This document shows, piece by piece, positions 1 through 8,576 of a DNA stretch of 32,000 nt. The first letter of the stretch is position 1. Each line of letters begins with the position of its first letter. The notes below the pieces were generated by a model. That model ran no database searches and was not told the DNA's origin. It saw nothing but the letters and a program-made list of their open reading frames with translations. The position numbers were made by a program, and so were the translations under genes. The stretch is from positions 129,802 to 161,801 of the forward strand of contig JBEYJY010000009.1 in the NCBI GenBank assembly GCA_040631425.1, read 5' to 3'. Source of the stretch: Streptomyces sp. NPDC020096. Its GTDB lineage: Bacteria; Actinomycetota; Actinomycetes; Streptomycetales; Streptomycetaceae.

Positions 1-171
1 ATCGAACATCGCCGCACGTGCGGTGTTGCGCCGGGCCTGGTACCGGGCGAGCGAGCGCTCCCCCGACAGGCCGCCGACCAGGGCAAGTTGGATGGCGTCG
101 GCAGGCGTCGCGGTGTCGGCGAAGGCATCGGAAATGCCATGGGCGCGATGGGGTCCTTGTGGTGTCGGGCG
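1..171 (-). pseudogene. Start-less ORF fragment open to the left edge; resembles the C-terminal G-I-S-D-A-F ... Y..R region of FAD-dependent oxidoreductases
   Basis: The minus frame reads RPTPQGPHRAHGISDAFADTATPADAIQLALVGGLSGERSLARYQARRNTARAAMFD from 171 down to 1. It is preceded by an in-frame TGA (172-174) with no ATG/GTG. GC3 is high. The family call rests on motif memory only. Confidence 0.3.
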
Positions 172-447
172 TCACCGGCGAGTGCCCAGCCGGGGCCGCA
201 TGACTGGCGGTATAAGTTCGGCGGGTTCGCCGCGCACCGGATCCCCGTCACCTACGCGGGGACATTCCCGTTGTGATCAGGTCGTCCAACATCCCCCACT
301 TCGCCAGCAGTTCGACTCCCGGCGCAGGATGCAGCGGATCGGCATGGTCTCACTGGGGAAACGCTCCGATCGAGCGGCAGAACGGAGTGGCCCGCCCTGG
401 CCGGCAGCATCGCCAACGGCGGCGAAAAGCGGCGGAGAATTCGCGCG

Positions 448-660
448 TTGGTGTTCGAGATGGCACCCGGCGAGCCGACCGACGAGGAATCCGACCCGCA
501 TCCCACCGAGGGCCTCGGCGACCACTCCCTCCCGCTGCTCGAACTCGCCTTCTGCCTGGAGGACGACTTCGACCTGCCACCCATCGGCCAGAAGGACGCA
601 CAGGTCATTCGCCGTTTCAGCTGCTATACCGAACTCGCGGCGCGGGTCCGGGCTTTCGGG
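448..660 (+). pseudogene. Carrier-protein-like (PCP/ACP) segment with unclear start, running in frame into a decayed ligase
   Basis: Translation is ...TEGLGDHSLPLLELAFCLEDDFDLPPIGQKDAQVIRRFSCYTELAARVRAFG. LGDHSL matches the LGG(D/H)SL phosphopantetheine-attachment motif (Ser codon 526-528). The same frame is open back to 277, but the only start codons are TTG/GTG at 448/451. Confidence 0.4.
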
Positions 661-693
661 TGCGGACGGCGCCGCCCCGGAGCCGTAGCCGCC

Positions 694-1165
694 GATCTCC
701 CGCTCATCGCCTTGCCCAACTCACCGGAGTTCGTGGCCAGTTATTCCGGCCACCGTCGGACTTCCCTCCGGGCCGGGTCGGCCGACCCCTGCACGGGAAA
801 CGGATCGGTCGGCCGACCCCCTGCACGGGATGCGGATGGAGATCGTCGGCGACGACGGACGGGCGCTGCCGCCGGGGTCCGTCGGGCAGATCGCGGTCGA
901 GAGCCATCCCTCGGTCGGCGAGGCCGCCGTGGGCGGCGTCCCGCTGCCCGGCGGCGATCTGCTGGTCGCCGCTGTGGTCCCGCGGGGCACACCGGATGCC
1001 GCGGCACTCATCGCCCACTGCCGCGATCCGGCTACGGCAAGGACCTGGCCCGCCACGGCCTGGAGGAAAAGAGCGTCATGCACCACACCGGGGCAGCGGG
1101 GTGAGTCCGCTGCGGCCACGCCCCCTTACGGAGCAATGGGCACCTGCCGTCAGCTCGCGCGATGA
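694..1165 (+). pseudogene. AMP-dependent synthetase/ligase (ANL) remnant with internal deletions and frameshifts
   Basis: ANL-like fragments lie in different frames. DLPLIALPNSPEFVASY is N-terminal-like. SVGRPP..GMRMEIVGDDGRALPPGSVGQIAV is core A6-like and joins directly to ESHPSVGEAAVGGVPLPGGDLLVAAVVPRGTPDAAALIAHCRD (A8-A9-like). LPRSGYGKDLARHGLEE (A10-like) is in another frame. The roughly 150 aa expected between these pieces are missing. Confidence 0.6.
776..830. repeat. Direct duplication GGTCGGCCGACCCC(C)TGCACGGGA, copies at 776-798 and 807-830
   Basis: Read directly. The two copies are identical except for one extra C in the second, which changes the reading frame inside the ligase remnant. 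Confidence 0.9.
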
Positions 1166-1228
1166 GATCGTGCACGGCCGCAACGGCGCCCCGACCCCGA
1201 GCAGAGCTCCACGATCCGAGGAACGTCC

Positions 1229-3112
1229 ATGACTGCCGCTTCCCCCAACGGACCCAACGGGACGGTCGGACCCCACTCCGACCTGACGGATGTCTTCGAA
1301 CTCGCCCAGCAGCTGCGGGTCGACTCGGTACGGGCAAGTACCTCCGCCGGTTCCGGACATCCGACATCGAGCATGTCCGCCGCCGACCTGATGGCGGTGC
1401 TCCTCGCCCGCCATCTGCACTACGACTGGCAGCGGCCCGACGACCCCGGCAACGACCACCTGATCTTCTCCAAGGGGCATGCCTCGCCCCTGCTGTACGC
1501 GATGTTCAAGGCGGCCGGCGTGGTCAGCGAGGAGGAGCTGCTGACCGGCTACCGCCGCGCGGGATCGCGCCTGGAGGGGCATCCCACACCGGTGCTGCCG
1601 TGGGTCGACGTGGCCACCGGCTCGCTGGGCCAGGGACTCCCGTACGGCATCGGTGTGGCGCTGTCGGGCCGGAAGTTGGAGCATGCGCCCTACCGCGTCT
1701 GGGTGCTGTGCGGGGACAGCGAGATGACCGAGGGATCCATCTGGGAGGCGCTGGACAAGGCGGGCCGCTACGGGCTCGACAACCTCACCGCCATCGTCGA
1801 TGTGAACCGGCTCGGCCAGCGCGGCCCCACCGAGCTCGGCTGGGACCTGGAGGCCTACGCCAACCGGGTGGAGGCCTTCGGCTGCACCGCACTGACCGTG
1901 GAGGGCCACGATGTGGCGGCGGTCGACAAGGCGTTCGAGTACGCCCCCCACACCGGGCACCCCACGGTCATCCTGGCCAGGACCATCAAGGGCCGCGGCT
2001 TCAGCGAGTTGGAGGACGCCGAAGGCTGGCACGGCAAACCGCTGCCCCCCGAGATGGCAGAGCGGGCGATCGGCGAACTCGGCGGCGTACGCCACCTGAC
2101 CGTGAAGGGTCCCGGGCCGCGGCCATACCAGCCGCCAGCGCGCCCGGCAGCCCAGCCGGTGCGGCTGCCGCAGTTCGAGCCGGGCGAGAAGGTGGCCACC
2201 CGATCCGCCTACGGCAAGGCGCTCGCGGCGATGGGCGCGCGCCCTGAGGTGGTCGCGCTCGACGCCGAGGTGGGCAACTCCACCCACGCGGAGGAATTCG
2301 CCGCGGCCTATCCGGGCCGCTACGTCCAGTCCTTCATCGCCGAGCAGCAGATGCTGGCCACCGCGGTCGGTCTCGCGGTACGCGGTTGGCGCCCGTACGC
2401 GGCCACGTTCGCCGCCTTCCTCACGCGCGCGCACGACTTCATCCGGATGGCCGCGGTCTCCCGGGCCCGCCTGGCGCTGTGCGGTTCGCACTGCGGTGTG
2501 GAGATCGGCGCGGACGGCCCCTCGCAGATGGGCCTGGAGGACATCGCGATGATGCGGGCCGTACACGGCTCGACGGTGCTCTACCCGAGCGACGCCACCG
2601 CGACGGCCAGTCTCACCGCCGCCATGGCCGACCGCGAGGGGATCTCGTATCTGCGCACCACCCGCGGCGCCTATCCCGTGCTGTACCCCCCGCTGGAGCC
2701 GTTCCCGGTCGGCGGGTCCAAGACGCCGCGCTCCAGCGCCGACGACCAGGTCACGCTCATCGGCGCCGGAGTGACGCTGCACGAGTGTCTGGCGGCGGCC
2801 GACACGCTCGCGGCGGACGGCATCCACGCCCGGGTGATCGACCTGTACTCGGTCAAGCCGATCGACGCCGATGCCCTGGCCGGTGCCGCCGAGGAGACCG
2901 GAGCGCTGGTGGTCGCCGAGGACCACCACCCCGAGGGCGGCATCGGCGAGGCCGTACTGCACGCACTCGCCGAACGCTCCGCCATCCCCCGCTTCGCGCA
3001 CCTGGCCGTACGGGATATGCCCGCCTCGGGTACGTCCACCGAGTTGCTCGACGCCGCCGGTATCTCCCGTACCCACATCACCGCGGCCGCCCGCAGGCTG
3101 CTCAGCGGCTGA
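1229..3112 (+). CDS. Transketolase (single polypeptide with TPP-binding, pyrimidine-binding and C-terminal domains), 627 aa
   Basis: The ORF contains SGHPTSSMSAADLMAVL, FSKGHASPLLYA, EGHPTP, GSLGQGLPYGIGVA, GDSEMTEGSIWEA and the later FIAEQQM..A.GLA region, all typical of transketolases. GAGGAA lies upstream of the ATG. Confidence 0.9.
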   Translation: MTAASPNGPNGTVGPHSDLTDVFELAQQLRVDSVRASTSAGSGHPTSSMSAADLMAVLLARHLHYDWQRPDDPGNDHLIFSKGHASPLLYAMFKAAGVVSEEELLTGYRRAGSRLEGHPTPVLPWVDVATGSLGQGLPYGIGVALSGRKLEHAPYRVWVLCGDSEMTEGSIWEALDKAGRYGLDNLTAIVDVNRLGQRGPTELGWDLEAYANRVEAFGCTALTVEGHDVAAVDKAFEYAPHTGHPTVILARTIKGRGFSELEDAEGWHGKPLPPEMAERAIGELGGVRHLTVKGPGPRPYQPPARPAAQPVRLPQFEPGEKVATRSAYGKALAAMGARPEVVALDAEVGNSTHAEEFAAAYPGRYVQSFIAEQQMLATAVGLAVRGWRPYAATFAAFLTRAHDFIRMAAVSRARLALCGSHCGVEIGADGPSQMGLEDIAMMRAVHGSTVLYPSDATATASLTAAMADREGISYLRTTRGAYPVLYPPLEPFPVGGSKTPRSSADDQVTLIGAGVTLHECLAAADTLAADGIHARVIDLYSVKPIDADALAGAAEETGALVVAEDHHPEGGIGEAVLHALAERSAIPRFAHLAVRDMPASGTSTELLDAAGISRTHITAAARRLLSG

Positions 3113-3297
3113 CCCGGGGCCGGGCGGGGTCCGCACCGCGCGCCTGCCGTCGCGCCACACCGCGCGGAGAGCTTCGCGCCACACCGGCGCGCAGGCCGTC
3201 GCGCGCGGTGACTGGAGAGGCCGTGACGAACGGTACGGGTTCCACCGCCGGTCCGGTTCCGCATGGACGCCCGGCGTGCGCCGGAAATCACCGGGCG

Positions 3298-3528
3298 GGT
3301 CTGTACGGGATGACGCCGGACCGCAACGCGCTGATCGGCGAGGCGCCGGATGTGCGCGGACTCCTTTACGCCACCGGTTTCCCCGGCCATGGTTTTCTTC
3401 AGGCACCTGCCGTTAGGGAGGTCATCCGTGATCTCTTCCTGCACCGGACTCCGTTCATCGATGTGGCGCCGCTGGCCGCCACCCGGTTCACGACAAGCGC
3501 CACCCGCCCGGAAACCACCAGCATCTGA
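3298..3528 (+). pseudogene. C-terminal fragment (~76 aa) of a DAO-family FAD-dependent oxidoreductase (sarcosine/pipecolate-oxidase-like)
   Basis: GLYGMTPDRNALIGEAPDVRGLLYATGFPGHGFLQAPAVREVIRDLFLHRTPFIDVAPLAATRF matches the conserved C-terminal block of DAO-family enzymes (tpD..P.iG..p...gl..a.G..ghG....P..g). No N-terminal GxGxxG part or start codon is present. The upstream part of the same frame is low-complexity. Confidence 0.55.
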
Positions 3529-3539
3529 CACCGCGTCCG

Positions 3540-5123
3540 ATGGGACGACCGGACGCCAGCCGAGGAGGCGCATCCGTGACCGACCCGTACACCGCGGCGC
3601 TGCCCGACACCGACACCCTGCGCGTCCTGGCCGCGAAGAGTCTCAACCGCTGCGGCGCCGAACCGCCCGCCGAGGGCGACAGCGGTGATCTGTTCTGCCA
3701 CACCCCGATCACCGGCGGCACGCTCTTCTTCCTGCCGTGCGCCGGGCCCGACCAGATCGACGCGGCGGTGACCACCGCGCACGCGACGTTCGCCACCTGG
3801 CGCACCACTCCCGCGCCCCAGCGCGGACGGCTCGTCAAACGGCTGGGGGAGCTTCTCACCCAACACAAAGGGGACTTGGCCGATCTGATCACCCTCGAAG
3901 CGGGGAAGATCCGCTCCGAAGCGCTGGGTGAAGTGCAGGAGATGATCGACATCTGCGACTTCGCCGTCGGCTTGTCCCGTCAGCTCTACGGGCGCACCAT
4001 GGCGTCGGAGCGGCCCGGCCACCGGCTGACGGAGTGCTGGCATCCGCTGGGGGTCGTCGGGGTCGTCTCCGCCTTCAACTTCCCGGTGGCGGTGTGGGCG
4101 TGGAACACCGCCGTGGCGTTGGTGTGCGGCGACACCGTGGTGTGGAAGCCGTCCGAACGCACACCGCTGACCGCGGTCGCCTGCGACGCGCTACTGACCC
4201 GCGCGGCCGCCGACACCGGTATGCCCGCCGGTGTGCACCAGCTCGTCCTGGGCGACCGCGCCACCGGCGAGCGCCTTGTCGACGACGCCCGGGTGGCCCT
4301 GGTCAGCGCCACCGGTTCGGTTCGTATGGGCCGCGAGATCGCACCGCGTGTCGCCGCGCGTTTCGGCCGCTGTGTCCTTGAACTGGGCGGCAACAACGGG
4401 GCGGTTGTGGCACCGTCGGCCGACCTCGACCTCGCGGTACGCGGCATCGTCTTCTCCGCCGCCGGGACCGCGGGCCAGCGGTGCACCACGCTGCGCCGCC
4501 TCATCGTCCACGAGGGCATCGCCGACCAGCTGGTGGACAGGATCGTCCACGCCTATCACCGGCTGCCGGTCGGCGACCCCTTCGCGGCCGCCACCCTCGT
4601 CGGCCCGCTGATCAGCGCGCAGGCCTACGAGGCGATGGTCCAGGCGCTCGAAGGCGCGCAGGCCGACGGCGGAAAGCTGCTGACCGGCGGCGAACCACGG
4701 CTGCGCGACGAGGCACCGCAGGCCCGCTATGCCGCACCGGCCGTGGTCCGGATGCCCGCCCAGACCGAGATCGTACGAGCGGAGACGTTCGCTCCGATCC
4801 TCTATGTGCTCACCTACCGCACCTTCGAGGAGGCTGTCGCCTTGCACAACGATGTCCCGCAGGGCCTGTCCTCCAGCATCTTCACCCGCGACCAGAGCGA
4901 GGCGGAGCGCTTCTTGGCCGTCGACGGCTCCGACTGCGGCATCGCCAACGTCAACATCGGGACCTCCGGCGCGGAAATCGGCGGAGCGTTCGGTGGGGAG
5001 AAGGCGACCGGCGGTGGCCGGGAATCCGGATCCGACGCATGGCGGGCGTATATGCGGCGTGCTACGAACACCGTCAACTACTCGGTCGAACTGCCGCTGG
5101 CCCAGGGCGTTGCCTTCCTGTAG
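3540..5123 (+). CDS. pcd: ALDH7-family aldehyde dehydrogenase (piperideine-6-carboxylate / alpha-aminoadipate semialdehyde dehydrogenase)
   Basis: The protein lines up along its length with the antiquitin/ALDH7 pattern: GEVQEMIDICDFAVGLSRQ, SAFNFPVAVWAWN, ELGGNN, GTAGQRCTT (catalytic Cys), ETFAPILYV, QGLSSSIFT, GSDCGIANVNIGTSGAEIGGAFGGEKATGGGRESGSDAWRAYMRR. The true start may be the GTG at 3576. Confidence 0.9.
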   Translation: MGRPDASRGGASVTDPYTAALPDTDTLRVLAAKSLNRCGAEPPAEGDSGDLFCHTPITGGTLFFLPCAGPDQIDAAVTTAHATFATWRTTPAPQRGRLVKRLGELLTQHKGDLADLITLEAGKIRSEALGEVQEMIDICDFAVGLSRQLYGRTMASERPGHRLTECWHPLGVVGVVSAFNFPVAVWAWNTAVALVCGDTVVWKPSERTPLTAVACDALLTRAAADTGMPAGVHQLVLGDRATGERLVDDARVALVSATGSVRMGREIAPRVAARFGRCVLELGGNNGAVVAPSADLDLAVRGIVFSAAGTAGQRCTTLRRLIVHEGIADQLVDRIVHAYHRLPVGDPFAAATLVGPLISAQAYEAMVQALEGAQADGGKLLTGGEPRLRDEAPQARYAAPAVVRMPAQTEIVRAETFAPILYVLTYRTFEEAVALHNDVPQGLSSSIFTRDQSEAERFLAVDGSDCGIANVNIGTSGAEIGGAFGGEKATGGGRESGSDAWRAYMRRATNTVNYSVELPLAQGVAFL

Positions 5124-5145
5124 GGACGGCACGGCGGCCACGGCG

Positions 5146-5541
5146 TCAGAGTTCCATTCCACTGGCCCGGACAATCGCTTCGACCTCGCGCCGGTCGCGC
5201 TGCCGTTCCGCCAGGGCCAGCAGCCCTCTCGGGGGCCCGTCGAAGTCGCCTGCGGCGGCTCTACCAGCCGAATCGTCCACGTCGACAACCATGCGCATGC
5301 CGTGCGGGCCCAGCAGTTCCATCAGTGCTTCCAATTCCCGGCCCAACTCGGAGGTGAACAACTCCTTGTCGCCCGGCCCAAAGGGAATATCTACACTCCG
5401 TGAGTGTTGCACCAAAGCTTCGTTCACTCCGCCCAGGATGCGCAGCAGCAGTGCGAACGAGTCTTTGTCCAAACGAAGCCCGAGTTCGGCAAGATGACGC
5501 GCGAACCGCTCGGTGCGCGCCAAGAAGTCCTGATCGCTCAT
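5146..5541 (-). CDS. Hypothetical protein, 131 aa
   Basis: Clean ATG-started ORF with coding-like composition (MSDQDFLARTERFARHLAELGLRLDKDSFALLLRILGG...). It is convergent with pcd. I recognised no domain. Confidence 0.5.
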   Translation of the reverse strand: MSDQDFLARTERFARHLAELGLRLDKDSFALLLRILGGVNEALVQHSRSVDIPFGPGDKELFTSELGRELEALMELLGPHGMRMVVDVDDSAGRAAAGDFDGPPRGLLALAERQRDRREVEAIVRASGMEL

Positions 5542-6316
5542 GCTGCCATCGTCCCGGACCGCACCGGGCAGATGTGCCCGATTCCCTAAATTAGGATCAA
5601 TCGGCGGCTTGCTGGGCTACGGCGTTCGAGAGCACGCCCGGATTGGACGCCGTAGCGGGTGGATCAGCTCCAACACACCAGGCGCGGATTGATCTGTACA
5701 CGCCAAATCCACACACAATCGCGATCACGCCACCATGATCAGATTATCGGAGACCGAGCAACCCGGCGGACCGCTATCCGGACCCCGATCAACCCCCGGG
5801 AGGTTCGCGTGGTACCGTCCCCCGTCTCGTGAGAAGCCGCGGAGGGGGTGGCATGCGTCGGTATCGCTTTCCGAGCCGAAGTCACGGCCCGCTGGCCCGC
5901 CCCTGCGGCCGCGCCGGAAAACCCACCGGCCCCCGGCAGCACGGCCGTTTACCCTCGCCCGCCGGGATTCCAGCACACTGACGTCAGCCAGGTCACAGCT
6001 CACGCCACGCGGCGATATCTCGTCACCCCGTCGGCGCGGCAACCCCGCCGACGTGTTAAAACCATCGCCATGTCCCGGAGAATACCGCCGACTTGGCTGA
6101 TTCCATCGCGCCCGGTGTCAGGCATGCCGTCCGCCGCGAGGATGCCAATGGCAACTGCCAGACAAAGGAGCCACAGGCACTTGCCTTCGCCTGCATAACA
6201 AATCACTACGTTGTCATCTCGTTAAGCATTTACTTCTTGACTGCGCGCAATTACCGGAGTTCTACTCACCTCCACCTCGGCCGCACCATCGCGGCCCTGT
6301 CAGGGAGGTACCCCTC

Positions 6317-7420
6317 GTGAACACCACTCTGCGTCGCGCCGTCATCGCGACCGCGGCAGTGTCCATAACGCTCGGCATGGCGGCGTGCGGCAAAGGGGCC
6401 GGCGGCGGCAGCAAGCCGAGTGCGGCAGACGTCAGCCAGGGCTTTCGGATCGGTCTGGCACTCCCGGAGAACCAGACCACCCGCTACGAGGCGGTCGACC
6501 GCCCGCAGATCCAGCAGAGGCTCCACGCGCTCTGCCCGAAGTGCCAAATCGACTACGAGAACGCCACCCAGAACGCCAACACCCAGGAAGCGCAACTCGA
6601 TACGCTGATCAACGACGGCGACAAGGTCATCATTCTCGACCCGGTCGACTACAAGGCGATCCAGCCGTCGGTCGAAAAGGCGCACGCCAAGGGCATCAAG
6701 ATCATCTCGTACGACCGCCTCGCGCAGGGGCCCATCGACGGGTACGTCTCCTTTGACAACACCCAGGTCGGCAAGCAGCAGGCCCAGGGCTTGCTGGACG
6801 CCCTGGGCAGCAAGGCCACCCCGAGCATGCCGATCGTCATGATCAACGGCGACGGCGCCGATCCGAACGCGGCCCAGTACAAGGCCGGTGCGCACAGCGT
6901 CCTGGACGGCAAGGTCAAGATCGCCGCCGAGTACAGCACCACCGGCTGGCAGGCGAACGAGGCGAACAAGGAAGTCGTCAGCGCGATCACCCGCCTGGGC
7001 AAGGACAACATCGCCGCCGTCTACTCGGCCAATGACGGCATGGCCGCCGGAGTCGTCAGCGCCCTGCTCACCGCCCATGTCAGCCCGCTGCCGCCGATCA
7101 GCGGCCAGGACGCGCAACTGGACGCGACCCAGAGGATCGTGGCCGGTCTGCAGTCGTTCACCATCTACAAGCCGTACGCGGTAGAGGCCGACACCGCCGC
7201 CCAGATGGCGATCGAGTTGGCCACCGACCAGCCCGTCGAGGTGGCGGACAGCAAGGTCAACAGCGCCACGAACAAGGACATTCCGGCGAAGCTGGTAGCC
7301 ACCACCATCATGGACAGCAAGAACATAAGACAGACGGTTCTCGCCGATGGCCTCTACACCGTCGACCAGATCTGCACCGAGCAGTACGCGACCGACTGCG
7401 CCAAGATCGGTCTGAAGTAA
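6317..7420 (+). CDS. Sugar ABC-transporter substrate-binding lipoprotein, XylF-like (PBP type 1)
   Basis: GTG start with GGGAGG 8 nt upstream. There is a signal peptide with lipobox LGMAAC. The order of SFDN..VG..QA, SANDGMAAGVVSAL, ISGQDAQLDATQRIVAG.Q..TIYKP and AA.MA.EL follows E. coli XylF. Confidence 0.88.
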   Translation: MNTTLRRAVIATAAVSITLGMAACGKGAGGGSKPSAADVSQGFRIGLALPENQTTRYEAVDRPQIQQRLHALCPKCQIDYENATQNANTQEAQLDTLINDGDKVIILDPVDYKAIQPSVEKAHAKGIKIISYDRLAQGPIDGYVSFDNTQVGKQQAQGLLDALGSKATPSMPIVMINGDGADPNAAQYKAGAHSVLDGKVKIAAEYSTTGWQANEANKEVVSAITRLGKDNIAAVYSANDGMAAGVVSALLTAHVSPLPPISGQDAQLDATQRIVAGLQSFTIYKPYAVEADTAAQMAIELATDQPVEVADSKVNSATNKDIPAKLVATTIMDSKNIRQTVLADGLYTVDQICTEQYATDCAKIGLK

Positions 7421-7440
7421 CCCCCGCCGCCCAGCGCGCC

Positions 7441-7469
7441 GAGCCCCCCGGGGACGCCCCGGGGGGCTC
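7441..7469 (+). terminator. Perfect 13-bp GC-rich hairpin 21 nt after the substrate-binding gene stop
   Basis: GAGCCCCCCGGGG-acg-CCCCGGGGGGCTC read directly. There is no T-tract, which is common in actinomycete terminators. Confidence 0.6.
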
Positions 7470-7539
7470 GTCCTCACCACACTTCTCACCCCCAGGGTGG
7501 AGAAGCGCCTCCACCCGACACCGTGGAACTCCACCCGGG

Positions 7540-7567
7540 GTTCCACCCCTGGGTGGAACGACTTTTC
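7540..7567 (+). terminator. 9-bp hairpin followed by TTTT
   Basis: GTTCCACCC-ct-GGGTGGAAC, then gaCTTTT. It is part of the TCCACCC/GGGTGGA motif cluster. Confidence 0.4.
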
Positions 7568-7651
7568 CGGCCTGGTGACTAGCGTCCTGAGTAGTTCGTA
7601 ACCAGGACAGCGCACGGTCCGCCGCCGCGCCGAGGTGAGGAGTGTGCCCTG

Positions 7652-8464
7652 ATGACATCCAGCGAGCGACGCCGCGCCCCGTCCATCGCGGCCGAGCCGC
7701 GAAGCGGTGGGCCCACTGCCGCGCTGCCGGACTTCCCGTCGTTCAGCGCGGATTCAACACGCCGGGGCCAACCGTTCGGCCGGGACACCGCGCTCTCCCG
7801 GCGGCTGCGACATCTGCGGATGGCGCCGCGGGCCCCCGGGCCCCCAGCCGAGACCGCAGATCCGTTACCCCGGCGTGAGCGGCATCGGGCCTCGCGGGTG
7901 TCCCTGGCGATCGATGCAGGCCTCGCGCCCGCGACGTTCTACAGCGCGCGAGGGCTCGGCCTGAGCCTGCGCGCCTCGCTGCTGATCGCCACCGCGGTGG
8001 CCACCGCGCGTCTGGTGGGCACCGCCGTACGCAACCGCAAACCGGACGCCGTCGCGGCCTTCGTCCTCGGCAGCTATGCGGTCATGCTGGCCATCGCGCT
8101 CCTGGCACACGATGAACGGCTGCTCCTCGCCCGGGACCCGGTCACCAGCGCGCTCGCGGGGCTGGTCTTCCTCGGCAGCTGCGCCGTCGGCCGCCCGGCG
8201 ATCGGGCTGCTCAGCGAGCGAATACAGCTCCCTCACCGGGCGCGTGAACCCGATCCCGCACTACGGCGATCCCAGACCGTGCAGACCGCCGTCTGGGGAA
8301 CCGTGCTTCTCGTGGAATCGGCGGGGAGACCGGCACTTGTCTACACGCTGCCGATCAACGTCACAGCGGGTGTGGGCCAGCTGATCGAACCGATGGTCCT
8401 GGCCGTGGTGGGCGCCTGGTCCGCCCGTTACGCCCGCCGCACGCGGCGCTGCCGCACCGCGTAG
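7652..8464 (+). CDS. Integral membrane protein (VC0807-like pattern), start uncertain
   Basis: High GC3. The C-terminal ~190 aa contain several hydrophobic helices (LLIATAVATARLVGTAV, AAFVLGSYAVMLAIALLA, ALAGLVFLGSCAVG, TAVWGTVLLVESAG, MVLAVVGAW). The Arg/Pro-rich first ~75 aa may not be translated. An alternative ATG lies at 7820. There is an in-frame TTA at 7865-7867. Confidence 0.65.
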   Translation: MTSSERRRAPSIAAEPRSGGPTAALPDFPSFSADSTRRGQPFGRDTALSRRLRHLRMAPRAPGPPAETADPLPRRERHRASRVSLAIDAGLAPATFYSARGLGLSLRASLLIATAVATARLVGTAVRNRKPDAVAAFVLGSYAVMLAIALLAHDERLLLARDPVTSALAGLVFLGSCAVGRPAIGLLSERIQLPHRAREPDPALRRSQTVQTAVWGTVLLVESAGRPALVYTLPINVTAGVGQLIEPMVLAVVGAWSARYARRTRRCRTA

Positions 8465-8495
8465 CGGATCGGGCGCACGGTCGACGCGAGCGTCC

Positions 8496-8518
8496 CGCGA
8501 TGGGTGGCAGACCCATCG
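8496..8518. terminator. 9-bp hairpin between convergent genes
   Basis: GCGATGGGT-ggcag-ACCCATCGC read directly. It lies between the stop at 8464 (+) and the stop at 8577 (-). Confidence 0.4.
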
Positions 8519-8576
8519 CAGGAGCCCCGACAACACAACACACCCCCAGACGTGCGGTGTTGCCGAAGGCGGCTCA

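Noticed and set aside
1076-3406. 776-aa minus-strand ORF antisense to the transketolase gene
   Set aside because: The Arg/Gly/Ala/Pro-rich translation has no recognisable motifs. The opposite strand encodes a clean transketolase. This is a typical shadow ORF of high-GC DNA.
4191-5288. 365-aa minus-strand ORF antisense to the aldehyde dehydrogenase
   Set aside because: Shadow ORF. The plus strand matches ALDH7 along its full length.
6000-6206. 68-aa minus-strand ORF with a hydrophobic stretch (LWLLCLAVAIGILAADG) in the long intergenic region
   Set aside because: GC3 is only moderate and there is no RBS. It sits in an AT-richer promoter-like region and is probably fortuitous.
6266-7615. 449-aa minus-strand ORF antisense to the sugar-binding lipoprotein gene
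   Set aside because: Shadow ORF with low-complexity Arg/Asp/Gly/Val-rich sequence. The plus-strand gene has a lipobox, an RBS and XylF-like motifs.
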